This document shows, in pieces, positions 1 to 8,728 of a DNA stretch of 20,000 nucleotides. Made by a program: the position numbers and the translations under genes. A model generated the notes under the pieces. It was not told where the DNA came from, did not search any database, and saw nothing but the letters and a program-made list of their open reading frames with translations. How positions within the stretch are numbered: the stretch's first letter is position 1; each line of letters opens with the position of its first letter. Source of the DNA: Mitosporidium daphniae (taxonomy: Eukaryota); the NCBI RefSeq assembly GCF_000760515.2, contig NW_013546700.1, positions 52,832 through 72,831 of the forward strand. Reading direction: 5' to 3'.

Positions 1-631
1 TTGCGCCTCATGATTCAGGCAAACGCAATTATTGGCGAGCGCCTTGCCGCCGCGCAAAACCAAGCATCGGGACCAAAAGCCCTATCTCAACCTGCACCTA
101 TGGATTCACGCCGTTCTGCCTCTGGCCCCCAGCCACCAGCAACGGGAGCCTCGCCGGCCATTGGCCCTGTTTCTTCTTCCAGCACTGCAGCCGGAATTGG
201 TGTCGCCAATTCACTCGACTCCGACTCATACTTTGGCTCCTTCTTGCAAAAGAAGGGACCGAAAAAACCGGGGATCCTAGAAGCTCCGCCGGCAGTTCTC
301 AAGCCCACCGGCTCGCTTTCTGAGCGCGAGTATATTGAGATCGAGGTGATCAGTGAGTTTAGCATTTCTTATGGCCATAGAACTGCTCCTTATTTCTTAC
401 TTTAATATTGTAAAACGGAACGTCATGGATTTGGTGCCAAAATCAATCATGCTTCACCTTGTCAATTCTTCGATGGATGAAATGCAGCGGACCCTTCTCA
501 ATGACTTGTACAAGATGGACCAGTCTGAAGACTTGTTGAAAGAACCCGAGCATATTGTTAAGCGTCGCCGTGAAGTCAAGCGAATGATTGAAGCGCTCAA
601 TAAGGCGGACGATATCCTGTCGTCTGTTTAA
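1..631 (+). CDS. VPS1: Dynamin-related GTPase Vps1, 3' partial (GED domain); intron 353-380 (28 nt)
   Basis: Splicing GTGAGT..CATAG (353-380) joins the two ORFs into LSEREYIEIEVIK-LLLISYFNIVKRNVMDLVPKSIMLHLVN...LLKEPEHIVKRRREVKRMIEALNKADDILSSV*, a typical Vps1/Dnm1 GED. The preceding YFGSF..KKGPKKPGILEAPPAVLKPTGSLSERE segment is Vps1-like. Confidence 0.88.
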
Positions 632-690
632 TGATCATCGTGGTGGAGCGTCGTTTTATAAACTTTCAAATTTAATTTTTGCTTTGGATA

Positions 691-1473
691 ATGGATGGTT
701 CGGTTAGAGAAAAAGTCGAGTTCTTTGTCCGGGAAAAGATGCAGCATAATGATCCATCCCACGATTGGTTGCATGTTGAGCGCGTCAGGAGCAGAGCTCT
801 TGCGCTTGCCAACAGACTAAATGGGATACTGCTTGCGGGCAATTGGAGGGCAGATCAAATTTTATCTCCCAATTATTTGGCTTTGCTCCCCGTAGTTGGT
901 GAGGGAGGATTCCCTGTAAACATTAACTTGACCATAGTTGAGCTTTCAGCTCTTCTTCATGACGTAGCTGACCCAAAGTACTATTCTGGTTCCTTGGATC
1001 AATCGCAATCCATGATCAGGGACGTCCTTTCACCCCAAGTTTGTATGGAGGAGCAGGAAAAAATTCTCTTCATCATTAACGGCATTTCATTTAGGAAAGA
1101 GTTGGAAAGTCCCAACACGTTTTCTGATCTGCTAAATTTACATGATCTTCCGTTGGCCCTTGCCTTTGCATGCGTGCAGGATGCAGATCGTCTAGATGCA
1201 TTGGGCGCAATTGGAATTGCTCGTTGCTTTGCATATGGATCCATTTTTGGAACGCCGTTTTACTCTTCTGAGCAGCCAAAGGAGTTGATCACCTTTGAGG
1301 AATACGTGGGAAAAGACACAAACAGCTCGTCCATCAACCACTTTCACGAAAAGCTGCTAAAGCTACACAGCTTGGTCAAAACAGCCCCCGGCTTTGTTGC
1401 TGCAAAAGAGCGAACAGAAACGATGAAGTTTTTCGTGCAAAAATTTTCCTCCGAAATCTCAAGCAATGAGTAA
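691..1473 (+). CDS. HD-domain metal-dependent phosphohydrolase (YedJ/YpgQ-like family), intronless
   Basis: Motifs SHDWLHVERV, LLHDVAD, VQDADRLDALGAIGIARCFAYG and NHFHEKLLKL. First ATG at 691, 17 nt after an AAATTT motif. Confidence 0.88.
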   Translation: MDGSVREKVEFFVREKMQHNDPSHDWLHVERVRSRALALANRLNGILLAGNWRADQILSPNYLALLPVVGEGGFPVNINLTIVELSALLHDVADPKYYSGSLDQSQSMIRDVLSPQVCMEEQEKILFIINGISFRKELESPNTFSDLLNLHDLPLALAFACVQDADRLDALGAIGIARCFAYGSIFGTPFYSSEQPKELITFEEYVGKDTNSSSINHFHEKLLKLHSLVKTAPGFVAAKERTETMKFFVQKFSSEISSNE

Positions 1474-1626
1474 GAAATCTTTATGTGTAAGCACGCAAGC
1501 TAGCTGTCCGCACTGAACATGGTGTTTAATAAATACACGCGCAACAAATAATTTGTGCACTTGGAAGGTATTCGCATGGTACCGATGCTTTTAAGCCAAT
1601 CGGAGGAAGAGGCCATCAGATTTTGT

Positions 1627-2108
1627 CTAATGTTTTGGTGGCTTGTACCCGTCAACGGCGATGTTGCGAGTGGCTGCCGGGATTTTTGCAACCATACCTT
1701 CAATGGATGGGTCAAGCTTAACCTGACAGCCCAGTCTCGAGGTTTCAGTAAGCCCAAATGCCAAGTCCAACATGTCGTTCTCCTCGTCAGAGGCTTCAGG
1801 GAGCACATCATAAGTCCGTTTGTCCAAAATCACATGGCATGTGGAGCAAGCAAGAGAGCCATCGCAAGCACCTAGTATCAAAATGGGCGGAAAGTCTGCG
1901 TACCTTCAAGTTCGACGTCGTTTTCATGGGCAAGGGAGAGCAGAGTTTGGCCTGCGTTTCCCTGAACGGCAACTTCCCTTGCTGGTGCACCAGTAACTCG
2001 ATCCAGAGGAATTATAAAAGTGGCACGGATCCTACACTGTTACGAGAGCGAAACCACACACGGTGACGAAAATCTTCTAAGCGCAAGCAGACCAACAACA
2101 GCGTTCAT
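1627..2108 (-). CDS. YAH1: Mitochondrial [2Fe-2S] ferredoxin (adrenodoxin type); introns 2032-2061 (30 nt) and 1872-1903 (32 nt); about 139 aa
   Basis: Spliced product MNAVVGLLALRRFSSP-IRATFII...[26 protein letters not shown]...EENDMLDLAFGLTETSRLGCQV has all four Cys ligands. Both introns are GT-AG and restore the frame. Confidence 0.95.
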
Positions 2109-2149
2109 AAAGTTTTCGAGTAAAATTTATTTCCAAATCGCTGTGCATA

Positions 2150-2767
2150 TTATTTGTCAACAACGAGGGGAAAAGCAAGACGATCCCAGCACGCTGCAAA
2201 AAGCAATCCCACAAAAAAGCCGGTGAAAACTTGGTACAAATAATGGTATTCAAGATATATCCTTGAAAGCGCGACAAGAGGCACAAGGCCAGTCAGCACA
2301 GTGGCGTCTAAGATTGCTATAAGCGTCGGGGTTTTCCTCCTTTTGGAATAAAGTCGCCTCAGGCACATGTATGCAAAAAACGTGATAAACTGCGTATGGC
2401 TTGATGGATTTCCAAAATCAAAGCCGTGCCTGTCTGAGGCCAATGGACGCTCGCCCTTTAGCAGGTCCTTCAGAAGCACGGCCAAAAACTCGCAGAACAC
2501 CTGCCCAAGCAGAATATAACAAAGCCAGCGCAGAAATACGTACGGGTTATTTTCATACCAAATCCAGACAACGACAGTGTGTGGCGGCGATACTTTATTG
2601 GCGCTCTCCGTTGAATACAAAATGTAGATGTAAATTGAATACAGAACCACCATCGCGCCAATGAAGAAGAGAATAAAGGTCGGCAGGGCGCTAATCCAGG
2701 CCAGCAGATAACCGAGGCGATCGGAATTTTCAAACGTCACGTAAAGCATGGAGAGCGGAACGCGCAT
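2150..2767 (-). CDS. CAX4: Dolichyl-diphosphate phosphatase (PAP2 family, Cax4/DOLPP1-like)
   Basis: PAP2 motifs KDLLKGERP (KX6RP), NPSSH and SRIYLEYHYLYQ, plus several hydrophobic helices. ATG at 2767 is preceded by AAATTT. Confidence 0.85.
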   Translation of the reverse strand: MRVPLSMLYVTFENSDRLGYLLAWISALPTFILFFIGAMVVLYSIYIYILYSTESANKVSPPHTVVVWIWYENNPYVFLRWLCYILLGQVFCEFLAVLLKDLLKGERPLASDRHGFDFGNPSSHTQFITFFAYMCLRRLYSKRRKTPTLIAILDATVLTGLVPLVALSRIYLEYHYLYQVFTGFFVGLLFAACWDRLAFPLVVDK

Positions 2768-2817
2768 CAAGAAAAATATAAATTTAAACGTGCAATGCCG
2801 GCCACTTAAAAATACCG

Positions 2818-3180
2818 ATGTCACTGTCCCTCCTCTTCAACACACAAAATATCGTATTGGCTGCGATTCACCACTCGCACTGGGGCTACCAAGTGATGAA
2901 CTAGAAAAGCCATGAGCCGTTCTCCATGCACTTGAGGTCATTGTCTCATCTCACAAGCCAATTGCAGTGTCCAATTTTCACTACAGATGCATGTGTGAAA
3001 ATTTGCAATCAAATGATATGTCGTATTGGAGCTTCCGCTTTATTTGTGTGTATTGGATGTCTGTTGGGCGAGACATCCACATGTCGCCTGTGTTTTCCCC
3101 ACATGCCATTTTTATTTCGGAGCTTTATACCATGTAGTACGGAATCGAAATCAATTGGGCAAGGGAAAAATCAAAATTAA
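2818..3180 (+). CDS. Putative small Cys-rich protein, unknown (core ORF 2926-3180; possible upstream exon from ATG 2818)
   Basis: ATG 2818 is in frame with ORF 2926-3180 and separated from it by one TAG (2902-2904). An in-frame GT-AG intron (2854-2904 or 2893-2916) would remove that stop. The ORF has 9 Cys including CIGC-X7-CRLC and exactly fills the gap between neighbours. No firm family recognition. Confidence 0.3.
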
Positions 3181-3197
3181 GGTCAAAGAGAGTGTGT

Positions 3198-3839
3198 TTA
3201 TAAACCGCTGATTTCACAGGTGCCGCCTCCAACATTTGAAAATTCATCTTCTGAATCGTTATTCAGAAACAAGGCCAGATCGTCCTCGTTCTTATGGTAC
3301 ATGTGAGAGTATAATAAGATGGAACCCATCATCAGGACAGCACCTAATGATGAAAGGAGGGCAGCATCGCCCCCAATGCTGGTCGAGACAAGAAACCAAA
3401 AGAGAGGAACGACTAGTGAGAGAATAATCAGGGCCAGTGATAATATCTGTGCACCAAGCCAAATTTCCCAGTTCCTTTCAGATATATTGTCCAACGGCGT
3501 GAACAGCAGGCAAAGAGTCCCCAGACCAGGGATCATGACTGTTTTTGTGGAGGATGTGATCGAAGCGCATCTATCATTTCCGGAAGAAATATACTCTTCT
3601 TCTTGGTCCTCGTCCTCGGCCTCTTCTTCTTCCTCTTCCTTTTTCAAGTCCTCTTTCATAAGAATATACCCTATCCGACCAGGAAACGGGATTGAGATGC
3701 TCAACAATGCCACAATCATCATTGTCCAGTCCCCACTTCTAGATGCTGCAATGAGAATACAGATGAAGCCAGCAGCCAGCATAAAGGAAAGCGAAATGAG
3801 CCCCAACACGCGGACCTTTTCGGCCATAAGCGGGTGCAT
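3198..3839 (-). CDS. VPS55: Vps55/OB-RGRP-family endosomal membrane protein with an acidic loop insertion
   Basis: N-terminal LISLSFMLAAGFICILIA..GDW..PFP and C-terminal LVVPL..IGGDAALLSSLGAVLMMGSILLY fit the four-helix Vps55 pattern. Identity is from recalled pattern, not a search. Confidence 0.65.
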   Translation of the reverse strand: MHPLMAEKVRVLGLISLSFMLAAGFICILIAASRSGDWTMMIVALLSISIPFPGRIGYILMKEDLKKEEEEEEAEDEDQEEEYISSGNDRCASITSSTKTVMIPGLGTLCLLFTPLDNISERNWEIWLGAQILSLALIILSLVVPLFWFLVSTSIGGDAALLSSLGAVLMMGSILLYSHMYHKNEDDLALFLNNDSEDEFSNVGGGTCEISGL

Positions 3840-3930
3840 TGGCAGTAAAATTAAAATGGGCTGAAGAATTGAATTTAAAATTTAAAATCAGAAAATCTAA
3901 ATCCAGCATTTTAGGATTGAACTTGCCACG
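3840..3930. promoter_or_regulatory. 91-bp bidirectional promoter between VPS55-like and NFS1
   Basis: AT-rich gaatttaaaatttaaaat with the palindrome AAATTT at 3878-3883, between divergent ATGs. Confidence 0.6.
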
Positions 3931-5286
3931 ATGCCACCCATCCTCATCCCAAGGCTTCGTTTTCTTCGCGTGCTGTATGCACGTCGACACCAGTCTTCGC
4001 TTCCTTCTTTTGGATTTGAGTTAAAGCGCCCAACATGCAATGATGACCGTCCAATTTACTTTGACGTGCAGGCCACTACAAACATCGACCCGCGCGTTCT
4101 TGATGCCATGCTTCCGTGGATGACTTACGGATTCGGAAATCCGCACTCCAGAACACACGCATATGGCTGGGAAACCGAGGCTGCTGTAGAAGAAGCAAGA
4201 ACATCTGTGGCCTCGCTCATTGGGGCAAGCACGCCGTCAGAAATCATTTTCACTTCCGGAGCTACCGAGTCTGTAAACATGGCCATCAGAGGTATTGTGC
4301 GCTTTTATGGCAGCACTACGCAAGTTCCACACATCATCACTTCGGTCGTTGAGCACAAGTGTGTGCTAGATACATGCCGATTTCTGGAAGAGGCCGGGGA
4401 AGCCACAATCACTTACCTTCCCGTCAACAAACAAGGCATAGTCGATGTTGAGAGTGTGAAAGGCGCTCTACGGCCAGAAACCCGTCTCATCTCCATCATG
4501 GCTATTAATAACGAAATTGGGTCTATTCAGCCGATCACGGAAATCGGGCGTGTCGCTCGATCTCATGGTGCCTTTTTCCATTGCGATGCCGCTCAAGCCG
4601 TTGGAAAGATCCCGATTGATGTTGAAAAGTCATTTATCGATTTACTTTCCATTTCCGGGCACAAAATCTACGGACCCAAAGGTGTAGGAGCTCTTTTTAT
4701 CCGACGTCGTCCCCGTGTTCGTTTGACACCGCTATTCACGGGTGGGAGCCAGGAGCGGTCATTGAGATCCGGTACCATACCCGCGCCTCTTGTTATCGGC
4801 CTTGGGGCTGCGTTTCGTGTCGCTGCTCAGGAGATGGATGCCGATATAAAACACATCGATCACCTTTCCAACCGCCTCATCCGCGGTCTGTTTGACCAAC
4901 TTCCGATGATCGAGCGCAATGGTGCAGTTTCTTCAGATGGGACTTCAAATGCTTCCCTTTATCCAGGATGTGTCAACATTTCCTTCAGCTGTGTCGAGGG
5001 CGAATCTTTGCTGATGGCACTTAAAGATGTTGCGTGTTCATCAGGCTCTGCTTGCACCTCGGCTTCGCTGGAGCCCTCTTATGTGCTTCGAGCCCTCGGC
5101 ACTGAAGAAGACATGGCCCATTCCTCCATCCGCTTCGGAATTGGGCGCTTCACCACCAGGGATGAGGTAGATGCTGTCACCCAACGAACAGTGCGTCATG
5201 TGCGGCGGTTGCGGGAAATCTCCCCACTCTGGGAAATGATACAACAAGGCATTGATCTCCGTAAGATCCAATGGACTGGGCATTAA
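3931..5286 (+). CDS. NFS1: Mitochondrial cysteine desulfurase (ISC pathway), intronless
   Basis: YFDVQATT, GNPHSRTH, FTSGATES, DAAQAVGK, PLP-lysine SGHKIYGPKG, catalytic SSGSACTSASLEPSYVL and the SPLWEM...IQW C-terminus. Arg-rich, acid-free N-terminus (MPPILIPRLRFLRVLYARRH) typical of a presequence. Confidence 0.98.
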   Translation: MPPILIPRLRFLRVLYARRHQSSLPSFGFELKRPTCNDDRPIYFDVQATTNIDPRVLDAMLPWMTYGFGNPHSRTHAYGWETEAAVEEARTSVASLIGASTPSEIIFTSGATESVNMAIRGIVRFYGSTTQVPHIITSVVEHKCVLDTCRFLEEAGEATITYLPVNKQGIVDVESVKGALRPETRLISIMAINNEIGSIQPITEIGRVARSHGAFFHCDAAQAVGKIPIDVEKSFIDLLSISGHKIYGPKGVGALFIRRRPRVRLTPLFTGGSQERSLRSGTIPAPLVIGLGAAFRVAAQEMDADIKHIDHLSNRLIRGLFDQLPMIERNGAVSSDGTSNASLYPGCVNISFSCVEGESLLMALKDVACSSGSACTSASLEPSYVLRALGTEEDMAHSSIRFGIGRFTTRDEVDAVTQRTVRHVRRLREISPLWEMIQQGIDLRKIQWTGH

Positions 5287-5443
5287 TCGATTGCTGCTCC
5301 TTCAAATAACCTCCCGTCTGGATAGAGTAAAAATACACTAAATTATCCCCATTTAATTTACGAGCCCCAAAGTGGCTGGGAAGTCGTTGTAACGCCTATG
5401 TTGATCACTTTATTGCTAAGAGATCGTCAGGTCCTTCCCGGTC

Positions 5444-8400
5444 TCATTGGATTCCAAAAAGCCCTTTGAGGCGGCGTATCAGCTGCCAGTCTTCTGCAGT
5501 CATCTCTTCGCGGAAACTCGTTTTGAGAATATCGATGGACGTCCGCGAAATGGCTGATAGCAGCTCGTCGTTCTCGGAAAAGTGGCGCCCAACCATTCGC
5601 GGAATCTCGTATGAAGCCTGCTCGATCTTGATGGCAACTGAAGAGCCTCCCCGCCGGATTTTGTCCACAGGACGATGATTGAGCTCGATCGAAGTAACGC
5701 GGCCAATCGATAGAGGCTTTCCTTCTCCTTGATGTATGACCAGGGGTGTTCCAATGCGCAAAACACCTTCTGTTACTTGAACACCTAAAATGATCGGGGA
5801 GCGTTTGTTGAAGACACATCCAGGGACTATCTTGAGAACACAAGGAAAAACAGCTTGTGGCGCCAGGTCTCGTTTACGCTGCTCGACCAACACCGAGCGG
5901 TGTGCCTTGAAGGTATCAAGTAAGTGGTAGATAATGTCTGCCGAAAATATCTTAATTCCAAGGTCTTCCGCAAGCTCCTGTGCCTATAAAAGTTAGGAAT
6001 AGCGTGATATGGAGAAAATTTCTAATTAAAGAGAAGCAGAAAGGAGCAATACAAAAGCATTCAAATATCAAGCACAGGCCTCACCTCGCGGTCTACGCGA
6101 ACGTCAAACGCCAACACGGCAGCATAATCTCGAGCCTCCGGGTTGCCAGCCGTGGTCCATCGCTCCAAATTGGCAGCCGTGGTTAGAATGTCACGCTTGT
6201 AAATTGTGCCAATCGACGCCGTAGCGACAGGGACGTCATTTGCCGCAAGAAAAGTCAATAACGCTTCAAGGGATCCTAGCGTGGAGGCCTGCACACTGAC
6301 ACCGGCAGCACCACTACGGCAGCGATCGGCAGCACTAGAAAGAGCTGCCTTAATTCCCAAAACCTCTCTCATCTCCTCATCAACCAGCCGCATTGCAACA
6401 GTAGCGGCGTCGTCGTCACCTTCGTCAGCATCACTTTTAGTTACTCGAACGAGACGGGAACCGGCAACTGCTGCCTCTAAATTCAGTCCAACTATCCGGA
6501 CTCCCATGCATGCTCGAACGGTTGTATGATGCAGGTAACGAAGCGTCTTTACCCTACTTTCTTTCATGGGCTCTGGGGTCAATAGTGACCGCACCTGGCT
6601 TAGAATGGGTCCAGAAAGGCCAGCAACAGCAAACTGGTCACCCTCTGCTAACGTTCCTTGTGTCAGAATGACATCGATGACGTGCCCAAGGCCCTCCACG
6701 CTCTTCACTTCCAATACAAAAGCTGAAAATCGATTTTCATCAAAAACAAGCGCAGCCCCCAGGCGCTCCTGCGTTAGCATTACAACTGTCCGCAGCAAGT
6801 CAGGAATCCCCTCGCCTGTAAGGGCAGAGATAGGGATCAATGAAATCGTGGAGCGTGGATTCGTATTTTCTTGATGCAGCTCTGCATTGAGACCTGCTTG
6901 TGAGGCAAAAGCAAGCTTTGTGCGATCAAGTCTGTCACGAAACTCAGCAACGGTGGATGGTTTCTGAGCAGCCTCAATCTCACTCCAGCTACGGGCACCG
7001 GGCACTGGAGACCAGCCATAGAGCCTATCAATCTTGTTCAGTGCTACTACAAACGGTGTCCGCCTACGACGCAATAACTCAATGGATTCTAATGTTTGCG
7101 GTTCCAGCCCGTGCATGATATCAACTACTAGCACAGCGAGATGGCACAAAGAGGATCCACGGTCACGAAGATTGGCAAATGAGGCATGGCCCGGGGTATC
7201 AATCACAACGAGTCCAGGGATTTTCACGTGTAGCCCTTCATTCTCGCTGCCGGTTATTAACATTTTAGCGATGATGGCCTCGCGGGGAAAGAACGTGGCC
7301 CCGATTTGTTGAGTAATACCTCCAGCCTCATTCTCCTGGACGCTTGTCTCGCGAAGCTTATCCAACAGCTTTGTTTTTCCGGTGTCGACGTGGCCAAGAA
7401 CACAAATAATTGGAGACATAAGGTCCTGCTCTACTGGAGCTACAGATATAAGTTGCTCATTGTTTCCAGAATTGTCGATTGGCATTGAGGTCTTGACAGT
7501 GAGTGAAGGTACGTGCGACTTGTGATCAGCTGGCGCTCTTCTCATAGTTGCTGGGATGTTCATCGATGCATTAGCTGAAGTTGAAATCTGTGGCTGATTG
7601 GCGACCCATGCATCTTTGCAATTAAGAGCGGTAAGCCCAGTAATAAGAGAATCATTGGAATCATCGTCCTTGTCTTCAAGGGCATCTTCCCAAGAGTCGA
7701 GAATTTCCTCATTTGAAGAGCCCGAATCTGTGGATATGGTGCCTTTATCTGAAACACAATCGGTCGTGGATAACTTTGATGTGTGAGCAGAAGAAATTTG
7801 AGAACAAGCATAGCTCGATTTAGAGGACGCCTTTTTCTTGGTGTAAACCAACTTTTTCCTTTCAGGAGCAGGAGCAGGATCTTGCGAGGGATTATCGAGA
7901 TTATGGTGGTTAATGGATTGTTGCTGTAAAATCGTAATCTTCTCTTTGTCTATTTTAAGACGTTCGCGCTCGGCCTTGGTACCCTCTTTTTTTAGGGCTT
8001 GTTGGCGAGCCTAGAAAAGAAAAAACTTGCGTACCTTTCGTCGATCCCGCTTACGCTGGCGCTCAGCTTCTTCAGCCAACCTCTTCTCCTCAGCCTCTCG
8101 CTGAGCATCCATTTCTTTTTGCCGCTCTTCCTCCTCAAGCTTCTTTAACTCTTCCTCTTGGGCTTTCATTGCCTCCTGCATTCGCTTAATAGCAAGGATG
8201 GCCGTATTTTGGGGCTTTTTCTTGCTTGAGGAAGGCTCTAATTTTTTTTCCTCCTCGTCTTTCTTTGAAGACGACTTTTTCGGGGCCATTGTATTGGTTT
8301 CTTGAATAATTTCGAGTTCCGAAGATCCTTTCTTTGTATCGATGCTCTTTTTAGAACTATTTGCCTTCTTTGTTGCGCTGGATTCCTTCTTTGTCGCGCT

Positions 8401-8619
8401 GGATTCTTTCGTCTCGCTCCTCTTTTTGGAATCACCTGACAGCTTCGTCTGATTTGTACTGGTATTCTGATCCTCTGCTAGAATTTTGCGTTTTGATATT
8501 CCATCTATCTTTTCTAGGGGTTCTTCCTTTTGAGGTTTTTTATTTTTCTTCCCTTTTGAAGAGGATGAGCAAACTTGGGCCTCATATTCATTCCAGTACT
8601 GCTCCAAATCGGGGTCCAT
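5444..8619 (-). CDS. FUN12: Translation initiation factor eIF5B; introns 8011-8034 (24 nt) and 5984-6084 (101 nt); about 1016 aa
   Basis: Charged K/E-rich N-terminus; G-domain GHVDTGKT, GGITQQIG, DTPGH, NKID; STLGSLEALL. The spliced junction reads [29 protein letters not shown]. C-terminus DWQLIRRLKGLFGIQ. Confidence 0.96.
8365..8406. repeat. Tandem 21-bp duplication inside eIF5B exon 1 (ESSATKK x2)
   Basis: cttctttgttgcgctggattc followed by cttctttgtcgcgctggattc, one mismatch. Confidence 0.9.
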
Positions 8620-8728
8620 TCGTAAGTAAAAATTTAATTTAAATGCAAATAAATTAAGTGGGCTTTATGGGAATAATTCGGATTTTGGCAGCCTTCAAAT
8701 TTGCCATTCATATTTTGAGAATTTAAAG

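Noticed and set aside
691..1473. Bacterial horizontal transfer of the intronless HD-domain gene
   Set aside because: This family also occurs in eukaryotes, NFS1 is intronless too, and composition is not visibly distinct; a phylogeny is needed to claim transfer.
2845..2885. Minus-strand resemblance to the U4 snRNA 5' region (TGCGAGTGG..ATCGCAGCCAAT)
   Set aside because: No kink-turn stem, U6 stem I complement or canonical Sm site follows.
3319..3864. 181-aa antisense ORF over VPS55, and similar shadow ORFs over eIF5B, ThrRS and YAH1
   Set aside because: They are complements or alternate frames of recognised genes, with no independent motifs.
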